From positions 288,001-352,000 of the forward strand of contig CAVTNB010000003.1 of the NCBI GenBank assembly GCA_963736005.1: a stretch of DNA of 64,000 bases. The letters are read 5' to 3'. The notes under the pieces are model-generated. The model was not told the DNA's origin, made no database searches, and saw only the letters and a program-made list of their open reading frames with translations. Shown here piece by piece: positions 41,098-50,227 of this stretch (the first letter of the stretch is position 1; every line of letters starts with the position of its first letter). Source of the stretch: an uncultured Pseudomonadota bacterium (GTDB lineage: Bacteria; Vulcanimicrobiota; Vulcanimicrobiia; Eremiobacterales; Eremiobacteraceae). The position numbers and the translations under genes were made by a program.

Positions 41098-43539
41098 ATG
41101 GACGTTGCCAAGACGACGACAACCACACTCCTCTCTCCCCTCACAAAGCGGGAGCAAGAAGTGTTGGAGCTTATGGCATTCGGACTTGCCAACAAAGAGA
41201 TCGCCGACAAACTGTCATTGAGCCGGCGCACCGTCGAATCGCACATCGATCGATTGCTTGGGAAACTCAACGCGCCGACCCGAGCACGTGCGGTCGTCGA
41301 GGCCGGACGGGCTGGTCTGCTTGGCGGTCAGACCCTGAAGAACGCCGCCTATTCGGCAAACGACCGTCCTAACAACCTGCCGTTGCAGCTGACGACGCTT
41401 TTGGGTCGCGAGCAAGATCTGGTTGAGGCGAAGTCCTTACTTGAAGCCCATCGCCTCGTCACCATGTCGGGATCGGGTGGCGTCGGCAAGACGCGGCTTG
41501 CGTTGCGGGTAGGCGTCGATCTCCTTGAGCAATATCCCAACGGCGCCTGGTTGTGTGATTTTTCCCCAATCTCAGATCCGGGGCTTGTTTCCAGCGCCGT
41601 AGCAAAAGCGTTGGTTGTTCGCGAGCGACAAGATCGTCTGCTTGTCGAGTCTATCGTCGACAGCTTAAAGCGCAAACAAGCCTTACTGATTTTTGACAAT
41701 TGCGAACACGTCCTGGATGCGACTGCGGAACTCGTCGACGCAATCTTGCATAACTGCCCCAACATCCGAATTCTCGCGACCTCGCGCCAAGCGTTGGGCA
41801 TCGTAGGGGAGCTGGTATATCGGGTTCGCTCACTTGCAGTGCCCGACTCAACCGAAGGTTTGAAAGCCGACGAGGGCTTGCGCTATGGAGCCATTGCTCT
41901 TTTTGTCGACCGAACGCAGGCGTCGGATGCCGGCTTTGCTTTCACCGACGAGTACGCACCCATCATTGCTGAGATCTGTTCTCGCTTGGACGGTATTCCA
42001 CTGGCCATTGAACTGGCAGCGACGAGAAGCAAGGTCATCAACATTCAGAGCTTAGCCCGGAGTCTGGACGATCGCTTCAAGGTGCTGACGACAGGGGGTC
42101 GCACGGCTCTGCCTCGCCATAAGACTTTGGCCGCGCTCATCAGTTGGAGCTACGACCTGCTCGCCGCTCACGAGCAGGCGCTCTTTATGCGCTTAGGCAT
42201 CTTTGCCGGAGGCTTCAGTCTGGCTGCGGCTCGAGTGGTCTGCTGCGGCGATGGTCTCGATGAGATCGACATTCTGGATCTGCTGTCGTCATTGACCGAC
42301 AAGTCGTTGGTCGTCGCTGACACCGGCGGCGAGCACGAACGCTATCGCCTGCTCGAATCCACACGCGCCTATGCGTTGGAGAAGCTCGCGGCTGCAGGTG
42401 ACCGCGAGCGGCTGGCGCGCCGTCACGCCGAGTATTTCCGCGACCAGGCGCAAGAGTCTGACAAACGTTACGATACGGAATTGATTGGACGGCTCGCGAA
42501 CGCGGCTGGGGAACTAGACAACTACCGAGCCGCATTGGAGTGGTCGGTTGCCGACGGGCACGATGCGGTGCTGGGCGGTGTCGTCGCTGGGTCGCTGGAG
42601 CGGCTCTGGCTTGACGGCGGCCTAGCGGCGGAGGGACGTTATTGGATCGAACGTGCGCAAGCGGGCCTTAGCGAATCAGCGCATCCACAGCCGGCGGCCC
42701 GGCTGTGGCGCGCGCTGACCCGCCTGTCCTCAGGCACGCGCAAGCGCGACTACGCGGAGCGAGCCTTCACGCTGTACCAGTCTGTGGGCGACGGCCATGG
42801 GGCGGCCCGGGCGCTCCTCGAGCTTGGGCATGCTCTCTATCAAATGGGCCGCTTCGAGGAATCAAGTGAGGCGGTCGCACGCGCGCTTGCGGCGCTGCAA
42901 AAATACGGGGATAAACGAGGAGTGGCTCGGTGCCTTGGCCGTCAGGCGGACATCTATCGGTCTCGCGGCGATGTCGCTACGGGGCGCGAGCTGTATACCC
43001 AGGCGCTTGAGGCATTCAAGGCCCTTGGAGACGAGGACGGGACAACCATGGTGTTGGCAAATCTCGCGGAGGCCGAATTCAGAGAGGATCATGTTGAGCA
43101 AGCGCTGCGCTTAGCGAGCGAGGCCCTGGAGATTAACGCTCGTGGGAAGAACGCGACGAACTTGGCGCTTGAATCCGTCAACAGCGCTGCGTATTGCATT
43201 GCGCTGGGAAAGCTGGATCGCGCACGTGACGTCGCGCGCGAGGGACTGCGTTGGGCACGACAAGCGCAAGATGCACTAAATATCGCACTCGCATTGCAGC
43301 ATTTTGCGCTGCTCGGGGCGTTGCACCGAGAAGTGGATATTGCGGCGCGGCTCATCGGTTACGTCAATGTGCAGCTCAAAGAGCTCGGGTCGGAGCGTGA
43401 GTACACCGAAAAGTGGGGCTACGAGAAGCTGATGACCGGACTACACGAGCGACTGAGTGAGGCCGAGATAGAAAAGCTCGCGGCCGAAGGCGCGGTGTGG
43501 TCGGAAGATCAGGCGATCGAAGAAGCACTTAAGGTCTAG
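41098..43539 (+). CDS. LuxR-HTH + STAND ATPase + TPR regulator
   Basis: LTKREQEVL...NKEIA; GSGGVGKTRL; DNCEH; LDGIPLAIELAA; TPR tail. Confidence 0.93.
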   Translation: MDVAKTTTTTLLSPLTKREQEVLELMAFGLANKEIADKLSLSRRTVESHIDRLLGKLNAPTRARAVVEAGRAGLLGGQTLKNAAYSANDRPNNLPLQLTTLLGREQDLVEAKSLLEAHRLVTMSGSGGVGKTRLALRVGVDLLEQYPNGAWLCDFSPISDPGLVSSAVAKALVVRERQDRLLVESIVDSLKRKQALLIFDNCEHVLDATAELVDAILHNCPNIRILATSRQALGIVGELVYRVRSLAVPDSTEGLKADEGLRYGAIALFVDRTQASDAGFAFTDEYAPIIAEICSRLDGIPLAIELAATRSKVINIQSLARSLDDRFKVLTTGGRTALPRHKTLAALISWSYDLLAAHEQALFMRLGIFAGGFSLAAARVVCCGDGLDEIDILDLLSSLTDKSLVVADTGGEHERYRLLESTRAYALEKLAAAGDRERLARRHAEYFRDQAQESDKRYDTELIGRLANAAGELDNYRAALEWSVADGHDAVLGGVVAGSLERLWLDGGLAAEGRYWIERAQAGLSESAHPQPAARLWRALTRLSSGTRKRDYAERAFTLYQSVGDGHGAARALLELGHALYQMGRFEESSEAVARALAALQKYGDKRGVARCLGRQADIYRSRGDVATGRELYTQALEAFKALGDEDGTTMVLANLAEAEFREDHVEQALRLASEALEINARGKNATNLALESVNSAAYCIALGKLDRARDVAREGLRWARQAQDALNIALALQHFALLGALHREVDIAARLIGYVNVQLKELGSEREYTEKWGYEKLMTGLHERLSEAEIEKLAAEGAVWSEDQAIEEALKV

Positions 43540-43715
43540 ACTCGCAAGCAGATATCAGCAAGACTAGTTCTTTATGTCGAGGGCAGCACGAATAGTAGGG
43601 TGTTCCCAAAACCGCCGCATTTTGAACGCAAGTTTATCTACCCAGACGTTTTGACCGGGGTATAGTGGAACGCGGGAAAATGGACAACTCTTGACGCCAG
43701 TAACCTCGTTCATTC

Positions 43716-43898
43716 AAACGTCCGGTGCCTGCGAACCAACGTCCGATGCCCCTGCAATTGCGATCAATTGGTTGCACGTAGCGAACCGGTGAAACGTCCG
43801 ACGCACACGCTTTTTCCCGATAGAGCGCTCCTTTTATGGCACTTCACCCTTGCTACGGCATTGCGTCTGCAAACGCAATCAAACGGCCAAACGTCCGG
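43716..43898 (-). repeat. four AACGTCCG subterminal boxes
   Basis: Copies at 43716, 43738, 43792 and 43889. Confidence 0.85.
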
Positions 43899-43941
43899 CT
43901 CGATGCCCAGTACAGAGCGTAACTAATACCTGAAAGGCGAA

Positions 43942-44136
43942 CTAACTCCGCGCCTTGGCGCACTCAGGGCACGTGTTGTAAACACCAGGTCCTTGCTGCC
44001 CCCGCATCATCTTCCACTGCGCAGCAGTTCCTGGAGTAATCTTCGTTGTGCAGCGACCGGCAACGTGGGACTCGGATGGGCACCCACCACATCGGCATGC
44101 GACGTCTCCCTTTTGATCGATTCCGAATTTAATCAT
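43942..44136 (-). CDS. small Cys-rich putative Zn-finger protein
   Basis: AGAGGA RBS; CRCGGC..H...C...CPEC in 64 aa. Confidence 0.55.
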   Translation of the reverse strand: MIKFGIDQKGDVACRCGGCPSESHVAGRCTTKITPGTAAQWKMMRGQQGPGVYNTCPECAKARS

Positions 44137-44429
44137 ATCTCATTCCTCTTTTAAACGCTCCGTAAAAACAAAAGGCGAAACGACCTCTTTGCGGCCATTT
44201 CGCCTCGGCTTCCACACCGTTACAAGCGTGGGCTACGGAGTGCTGTGTTGGTTCGCGGGATCTCTGATTGCACCTTGCTTTTTCTTGTACCATCGGGTGA
44301 GTATTGGATGTTGCTTTAGCCGATGTGATCACCCACGGCTGGCGTCAGAACTAGACGGTTGTAATTCGCAAGCGCGACAAACGTCATCTTTTTTGAGCCG
44401 AAAAAGATGACTCTAAGCGGTGATCAACC

Positions 44430-45038
44430 CTAGCTGGGCAGGAGCACCAAGTCTGCCGCTTCCTCAGCATCTTTGAGGAGCGTCTTGCGCGGCGTGCCTA
44501 TCCGCGCACGCACGGTCAGGCCACGAGCAAAATCCGTAACTTGGATCGCGCGCACGGCTACCGGAAAGTCAGGCGGAATGTCCCCCGCACAGATCCCGTC
44601 GCGGAAACGGCGCTCCACCAGCGCCACGGCGCCCGCGACCGTACTCTGCAGGAACCGCCGAACCTCAGCGTCGTTCAACAGCGGCGCGACGCACACCAGA
44701 AGGCAGCCCCGGGCGGACCCTTTCTCGGTCGCGCTTGCGACGGCGTACCTCAGAAAGCTTGCGAGCGAGTCGCGCAGAGCCTGCGGCGCGAGGAGTGCCT
44801 TCGCGGCGAGAGCGCCCTTCCTCTCGGCGTACGCGTGGAGGACACGCAAGAATATCTTCCGCTTGGACCCAAAAACTGAATACAGACTCGGCCGCCCGAC
44901 TCCCATCCCGGCGACGAGATCGTCGATCGTCACTCCGTCGTAGCCTTTCAACCAGAACACCTGGGTCGCTTTTTCCAGCGCGTCCCTCTCGTCGAAGCTG
45001 CGCGGTCGTCCACGTGGCCTGGCGGTATTTTGAAACAT
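44430..45038 (-). CDS. TetR family regulator
   Basis: RGRPRSFD, FW.KGY, GVGRPSLYSVFGSK, RGCL. Confidence 0.93.
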   Translation of the reverse strand: MFQNTARPRGRPRSFDERDALEKATQVFWLKGYDGVTIDDLVAGMGVGRPSLYSVFGSKRKIFLRVLHAYAERKGALAAKALLAPQALRDSLASFLRYAVASATEKGSARGCLLVCVAPLLNDAEVRRFLQSTVAGAVALVERRFRDGICAGDIPPDFPVAVRAIQVTDFARGLTVRARIGTPRKTLLKDAEEAADLVLLPS

Positions 45039-45168
45039 TTGGTTCGAAACTCCTTGTTCTTGGTCATCCAATCCATTATAGTACGGAAAGGTTCGAAATT
45101 GGCAAGTCGACCCCTGGCCTCGCGGGGGCCTCACGACCCGACCTTTCCCCTTCACCACGGAGACGCCC

Positions 45169-46143
45169 ATGGAACATTCAATCGCTCTCGTCACCGGCAC
45201 CACCTCCGGACTTGGACATGCGGCAGCCCGCATGCTAGCCGCGGAGGGCTACCGCGAGGTCATCGTCACCGGGCGCAGCCTGGCCCGGGTACAGGAAACG
45301 GCAGCTGGGCTCGCAGCTGAGACCAAGACGCAGGTTTTTACACCGCTAGAGCTGGATCTGGACTCGCCGTCTAGCGTTCAATCCGCACTCGCCGAGCTCG
45401 TCAAGCGAGGTCGGCCGGTCGATTTCCTACTGCTAAATGCAGGGATGGTCGGAGGTAAGAAGCGCGTGGTCACTGCGGCGGGCGTCGAGGCTTCTCAGGC
45501 CCCGCTAATCGGCCATCATCAACTGACTGTTGGGTTGCTCCGCGCCAACCTGCTGAGCCCCGACGCGCGGATTGTTATCGCCGGCGCGGAACCTGCCCGA
45601 GGGGACGTGCCCCTGTTCAGCTTCACCGACGTGGCGGCCTTCGCGGCCAAACGCCACCAGGGTGACCGAACCGCCGCTATTGAAGCCCTGCTGCGCAACG
45701 GGCCGAACGTGAAGTACGTGCCCAACCGGGCGTATGCCGATGCGAAGCTCATCATCGCTTGGTGGGTCGCGGCGCTGGCGCGCCGGCTACCCTCCGGCAT
45801 GGCCGTATACGCCGTCTCGCCCGGTAGCGCGCCCAACACCAAGGCGGTGCGTAACGCTGGCCCGGCCTTGAAGTGGCTGATGATTCCGCTGGTGAAGCTC
45901 ATCCCCGGCATGTCTCAGACGCCGGAGACCGCGGCTCGTCGCTACCTCCAGGCATCGGAGTTCGGAACCGACGTGTCGGGGCAATTCTTCGCCTCGGCGC
46001 CCAAGAAGCTCATCGGCCCAATTGAGGCAATGCGCCACCCACACTTGCACGATCGCGCCAACCAGGAAGCCGCGTGGCAGGCCGTCGTCAAGGTCTCTGG
46101 CGTCGACTTTTCTTATCCCGCATCCTTGAGCGCGTTGTCCTGA
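45169..46143 (+). CDS. SDR family oxidoreductase
   Basis: TGTTSGLG, LNAG, YADAK catalytic motif. Confidence 0.92.
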   Translation: MEHSIALVTGTTSGLGHAAARMLAAEGYREVIVTGRSLARVQETAAGLAAETKTQVFTPLELDLDSPSSVQSALAELVKRGRPVDFLLLNAGMVGGKKRVVTAAGVEASQAPLIGHHQLTVGLLRANLLSPDARIVIAGAEPARGDVPLFSFTDVAAFAAKRHQGDRTAAIEALLRNGPNVKYVPNRAYADAKLIIAWWVAALARRLPSGMAVYAVSPGSAPNTKAVRNAGPALKWLMIPLVKLIPGMSQTPETAARRYLQASEFGTDVSGQFFASAPKKLIGPIEAMRHPHLHDRANQEAAWQAVVKVSGVDFSYPASLSALS

Positions 46144-46190
46144 AGGAGCGCCGGTTGGCGGACGGATACTGGTGGCAACGGGTTGGACCA

Positions 46191-46662
46191 CCGGACGTTG
46201 GCCGCGGTGACGAATCAAAGCCGAATGACCGGACGTTTGTCGGCGGATCCAAAACCGGAAGTTGGGGCTGCTTGTGTAGTATCCCAAGCGAAAAGACACT
46301 ATTGCCATTAGGCACTGAAACCCGGACGTTGCCCCGTTTTATGGCGTTTTGTAGATTGCATTGCACATTGCAACCCTTGAATCGCGGCAAAGCCCCGGGA
46401 TTCACCGGGGGAAGGCGTATGCCCCGGACGTTATTCAGACGCTTGATAACCATTCGTATGATCGCGATTGCAAGTACCGGACGTTTGATTGATCGTCTCC
46501 TGAATAATCTCGACAATTCGTAACTCAATCGCCTAGCTTGAAATTGAATTCAAAATCGACCGCAAGCCCGCAAATATACAATTGTGGGCAATGCGATCAT
46601 CGTAAGCAATTAAGTAATCAAATCGGGAGGCCCGGACGTTAGCAGCTGGGCACCGGACGTTT
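46191..46662 (+). repeat. seven CCGGACGTT subterminal boxes
   Basis: Copies at 46191, 46229, 46322, 46424, 46477, 46632 and 46653. Confidence 0.9.
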
Positions 46663-46797
46663 GGCAGATCAGCCCGACTGGCGTCAGAAGTTGTCCAATT
46701 TCCCGCGCTCCACTATACCCCCCAGACGTTCGACCGCGGAGGAGAAATCGTTGGCGGTTTATAATTAGCCACTAAACCATTAGGAGCTGAACTACTC

Positions 46798-47349
46798 ATG
46801 AAAACCACTCCCCGGACGGACGGCGAAGCACCGACCGACATGGTGTTGTTGCGCCGTGGCGTTGCCGGAATTTGTGACCGCTTTAGCGGCAGCGATTACG
46901 ACACCATGAACACATTTCTCACGCTGAAGCGCACCGCTGCAGACCTTGAAAATCTTTCGACTGAGTACTGCAAGCAGGGCGACGTTTCGCCCGGGCGTTT
47001 GGGCGTGCTCATGGTTTTAAACGCCAATCCTGAAAAGCAAATACCTCTTAGCGAAATTGGCCAATACCTGGTTGTGTCGCGGCCGAACATTACCGGTCTC
47101 ATCGACGGCCTGGTCGACGAAGGTCTCGTCAAGCGCATCAATCACCCCGAGGATAGGCGCATGATCCTCGCGCAACTCACCCCTCAGGGGCGAGACTTTA
47201 TGCGAAAATTCGTACCATTCCATTTGCGAGTGGTCAGTAGCGCGATGGCCGGGTTGACAAGAAACGAAAAGCGCCAACTCGTATCTCTCCTCGACAAGCT
47301 TCGCCTCCATCTACACGGCGTTAAGATCCCACATCTAGAGGAAGCATAA
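46798..47349 (+). CDS. MarR family regulator
   Basis: VSRPNITGLIDGL...GLVKR..HPEDRR....LT..G. Confidence 0.93.
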   Translation: MKTTPRTDGEAPTDMVLLRRGVAGICDRFSGSDYDTMNTFLTLKRTAADLENLSTEYCKQGDVSPGRLGVLMVLNANPEKQIPLSEIGQYLVVSRPNITGLIDGLVDEGLVKRINHPEDRRMILAQLTPQGRDFMRKFVPFHLRVVSSAMAGLTRNEKRQLVSLLDKLRLHLHGVKIPHLEEA

Positions 47350-47352
47350 GTC

Positions 47353-48564
47353 ATGGCAGTCGCCGCACGAGCACCAGAACCCGTGACCGGTCGCAAGCGC
47401 CGCGTTCTTATTCCCGTTATTGCTGTTTTGGTCGTCATCGGACTTTTTTATGGCATCCGCTTCCTGATATTTTCAGCCCATCACGTTGGTACGGACGACG
47501 CTGAAATTGGCGGCAACATCACAACGATTAGCGCGAAGGTCAAAGGCCAGGTTGTCGCAGTCTACGTGAGCGAAAACCAGTTCGTTCACCGCGGTGACAG
47601 GCTTATTCAACTAGACGATCGCGACTACAAAGTAGCGCTGGCACAATCGCAAGCGGCCTACGAACAGGCCGTCGCGAACCTGCAAGCGGCAACCACGGCG
47701 GTTCCCCAGCAGTCCGCGATGACCGCGGCTCAAACCGCGCAGGCCCAAGCGGGCATCTCACAATCATCAAGCGGGGTACTCAACGCACAGGAACGGGCGG
47801 ACTCAGCGCGCGCCAACTACATGGCCGCCCAAGCCAACGCGGTGAAAGCCGCGAACGACGTTACTCGTGCTCGCACCCTCGCGTCGGAAGGCGCGATCGC
47901 CAAATCAGACCTTGATTCTGCCCAGGCGGCCTACGTGACTGCCCTCGCCAACCGCGACGCCGCGAGACAAGCCATCGATGCTGCGGAAGCCGCTGTCAGC
48001 CAGGCGCAGGCCCAAGTTGTCGGCAGCCAAGCGCAACTCGAGCAGGCGCAAACGGGCACGCAGACAACCGAAATCAAGTCGGCCCAAGCGCACGTGAGCG
48101 CGGCGCAAGTGCAAGCCGCGGCCGCAGCACTTGCCAACGCAAGACTGCAGGAATCATACACGAGGATCACTGCGCCTGTGGACGGCGTCGTCAGTAAGAA
48201 GTCTGTCAATGTCGGCGACCAGGTCTCCGTCGGGCAGCCGCTGATGGCCCTGGCCGATCAGACGCATCTCTGGGTTGACGCAAATCTTAAAGAGACGCAA
48301 ATCTCAAACGTCCGCGTTGGACAGCCAGTAGACATCACGGTTGACGCGTTCCCGCATCGTGTATTTAAAGGTAGCGTCGCAAGCATTTCGGCGGCGACCG
48401 GCGCTACCTTCGCCCTGATCCCACCCGATAACGCGAGCGGCAACTTCACCAAAGTCGTGCAGCGCATACCCGTGCGCATCGCGATCGATCCAAGCTCCGA
48501 TCCCGAGCACTTGCTGCGTCAAGGGCTGTCCGTCGAAGTCAGCATCGACACGACTAACCATTAG
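47353..48564 (+). CDS. emrA: EmrA-type HlyD adaptor
   Basis: TDDA, coiled coil, ANLKETQ, PPDNASGNFTKVVQRIPVRI. Confidence 0.9.
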   Translation: MAVAARAPEPVTGRKRRVLIPVIAVLVVIGLFYGIRFLIFSAHHVGTDDAEIGGNITTISAKVKGQVVAVYVSENQFVHRGDRLIQLDDRDYKVALAQSQAAYEQAVANLQAATTAVPQQSAMTAAQTAQAQAGISQSSSGVLNAQERADSARANYMAAQANAVKAANDVTRARTLASEGAIAKSDLDSAQAAYVTALANRDAARQAIDAAEAAVSQAQAQVVGSQAQLEQAQTGTQTTEIKSAQAHVSAAQVQAAAAALANARLQESYTRITAPVDGVVSKKSVNVGDQVSVGQPLMALADQTHLWVDANLKETQISNVRVGQPVDITVDAFPHRVFKGSVASISAATGATFALIPPDNASGNFTKVVQRIPVRIAIDPSSDPEHLLRQGLSVEVSIDTTNH

Positions 48565-48575
48565 AGATTAGACTA

Positions 48576-48601
48576 GGCGGACCTCAAGGTCCGCCGCTAC
48601 A
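48576..48601 (-). repeat. GTAG-type REP palindrome (family 1)
   Basis: GGCGGACCTCAAGGTCCGCCGCTACA. Confidence 0.8.
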
Positions 48602-48610
48602 GACGCGATT

Positions 48611-50179
48611 GTGAAGCAAAGACAGCCGCTCATTACGGGCAACAAGTGGCTCATCGCCGTTCCGGTGATGCTTGCGGCACTGATCGCGGTTTTGGACGCA
48701 AGCATCGTCAATGTCGCGCTGCCCAACATGCAATCGAGCTTCGGCGCTGGCGTCGATGAGATCGATTGGGTAATCACCGGCTATCTCATCTCGAACGTCA
48801 TCATCATCCCGACGACGGGATGGATGTCGAGCATCTTTGGCCTCAAACGCTATTTTGCAATCAGCCAGATTGTGTTCGTCATTGCATCGTTCTTGTGCGG
48901 CATTTCTTGGAATCTGCCCTCGCTTATCTTCTTCCGCATCCTGCAGGGCATTGGTGGAGGCGCAATCCTCCCGGTTGCCTTGACGATCTTGCTCGAGGCG
49001 TTTCCACCGCAAGATTTCGCGATGGCATCGGCCCTCTTCGGCGTCGGCGCAACGCTTGGTCCAGCCATTGGCCCGACGCTCGGCGGCTGGCTGACGGACA
49101 CGCTTTCGTGGCAGTGGATTTTCTTCGTGAATGTGCCGATCGTGACGGTCTCTGTGATCTTGAGCCAAATGCTGATCGGCGAAAACAAAGAAGTGCTCGC
49201 CGGGCGGCGTGCGGCTCCGATTGATTTCCTCGGGCTCTTGACCGTCGCGGCGTGGCTGGGCACGTTGCAGGTCTTGCTTCAGGAAGGTCAGCGTGATGGC
49301 TGGTTCGAGTCGCCCTTCATCATTACGCTCGCGGTGATTTCGGTCGTCTCGTTTGTGCTGTTTCTCTACTTCGAATTACGCTTGCCCAATCCGTTGATCA
49401 ACTTGCGCATCTTCAAGAATCGAAATTTTGCCATTGGTTCGTTTGCCGGTGCCATGCTTGGTGCGGCCCTCTTTGGAGCTATTTTCATTTTACCGCTCTT
49501 CGCCGGCTTGCTCTTGCATTATACAGCACTACAGATTGGGCTTGTGCTCTTACCTCCGGCGCTTGTGAGTCTCGTCCTCTTCCCAATCGTCGGCCGGCTC
49601 GCGAGCGTCGTGGACTCTCGCATTCTAATGGCGATCGGTATTGTCTTGTTTGTGATCTCGCTCTTTGGCAATGGCTTCATCAACTTGCAAACGTCCTGGC
49701 AAACACTCGTCTACTTGCAAATCTTCCGCGGTGCGTCGCTCCCGTTCTTGTTTACATCGGTAGGCGCGCTCTCGCTCACCAACATCGCTCCGCAAGAGAA
49801 AGCCGACGCCTCTTCGCTTTTCAACTTAACGCGAACGCTGGGCGGCTCTATTGGGATCGCGGTCATCGGAACGACGCTTGTCAACCGCCAACGCTTTCAT
49901 TTTGAGCGCTTTGGCGAGTCAATCACGCAATTCGGCGTGGCCACGCGCGAGCGGCTGTCCGAGCTAGCGACCGGCATTACCGGCCATCTCGGACCGGGGC
50001 AGGCGAGCTCGCAAGCGCAGGCGGTGTTAGCCCAACAATTAAGCCAACAAGCCTATGTGTCCGCGTTCAACGACGTTGCACTCGCCCTCGCAGCAGGTTT
50101 TGCGCTTGCCTTGCTTTTGATTCCGTTGTTCCGCATGCGCGGGCGCGTGCCGAGTGGCGGCGCTCCATTGGCCGAGTAG
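48611..50179 (+). CDS. emrB: DHA2 MFS efflux permease
   Basis: LDASIVNVALP, WVITGYL, GPTLGGWL, ASSLFNL.R.LGGSIG. Confidence 0.92.
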   Translation: MKQRQPLITGNKWLIAVPVMLAALIAVLDASIVNVALPNMQSSFGAGVDEIDWVITGYLISNVIIIPTTGWMSSIFGLKRYFAISQIVFVIASFLCGISWNLPSLIFFRILQGIGGGAILPVALTILLEAFPPQDFAMASALFGVGATLGPAIGPTLGGWLTDTLSWQWIFFVNVPIVTVSVILSQMLIGENKEVLAGRRAAPIDFLGLLTVAAWLGTLQVLLQEGQRDGWFESPFIITLAVISVVSFVLFLYFELRLPNPLINLRIFKNRNFAIGSFAGAMLGAALFGAIFILPLFAGLLLHYTALQIGLVLLPPALVSLVLFPIVGRLASVVDSRILMAIGIVLFVISLFGNGFINLQTSWQTLVYLQIFRGASLPFLFTSVGALSLTNIAPQEKADASSLFNLTRTLGGSIGIAVIGTTLVNRQRFHFERFGESITQFGVATRERLSELATGITGHLGPGQASSQAQAVLAQQLSQQAYVSAFNDVALALAAGFALALLLIPLFRMRGRVPSGGAPLAE

Positions 50180-50199
50180 ACCCTACTTCAGGAAAAACC

Positions 50200-50225
50200 C
50201 GCGCGAATAAATTCGCGCGACTACA
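50200..50225 (-). repeat. GTAG-type REP palindrome (family 2)
   Basis: CGCGCGAATAAATTCGCGCGACTACA, identical to 59434 and 59468. Confidence 0.85.
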
Positions 50226-50227
50226 AG

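Larger units (their letters stand above)
32370..43643. mobile_element. putative 11.3-kb TIR-bounded unit (element B), no transposase
   Basis: Left end GGGGTAGTTAGACTTGCG...AAATGC and right end 43614-43643 are inverted repeats (23/30). Both abut CAGA-containing spacers and other TIRs. Confidence 0.55.
43657..46721. mobile_element. non-autonomous TIR element (element C, 3065 bp), casposon-like ends
   Basis: 45-bp TIRs 43657-43701 and 46677-46721 (41/45, GGGGTATAGTGG...). Flanking direct repeats CCAGACGTTTTGACC and CCAGACGTTCGACC. Mirrored subterminal boxes. Confidence 0.85.

Noticed and set aside
41098..43539. STAND ATPase as an Avs-type anti-phage system
   Set aside because: The LuxR-HTH/ATPase/TPR layout is a common transcriptional regulator, and no effector domain is present.
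46074..46528. 149-aa and 146-aa ORFs in the right arm
   Set aside because: No recognisable protein features; recurring NVR/RT words are by-products of the DNA boxes.
46191..46662. CRISPR array
   Set aside because: Repeats are only 9-10 bp with irregular spacing (21-155 bp), and there are no cas genes.
43657..46721. Classical Tn3-family transposon (GGGG ends)
   Set aside because: No tnpA/tnpR, no 5-bp TSD (TGACC versus CCAGA) and no TAAG at the inner TIR end. Kept only as an alternative origin.
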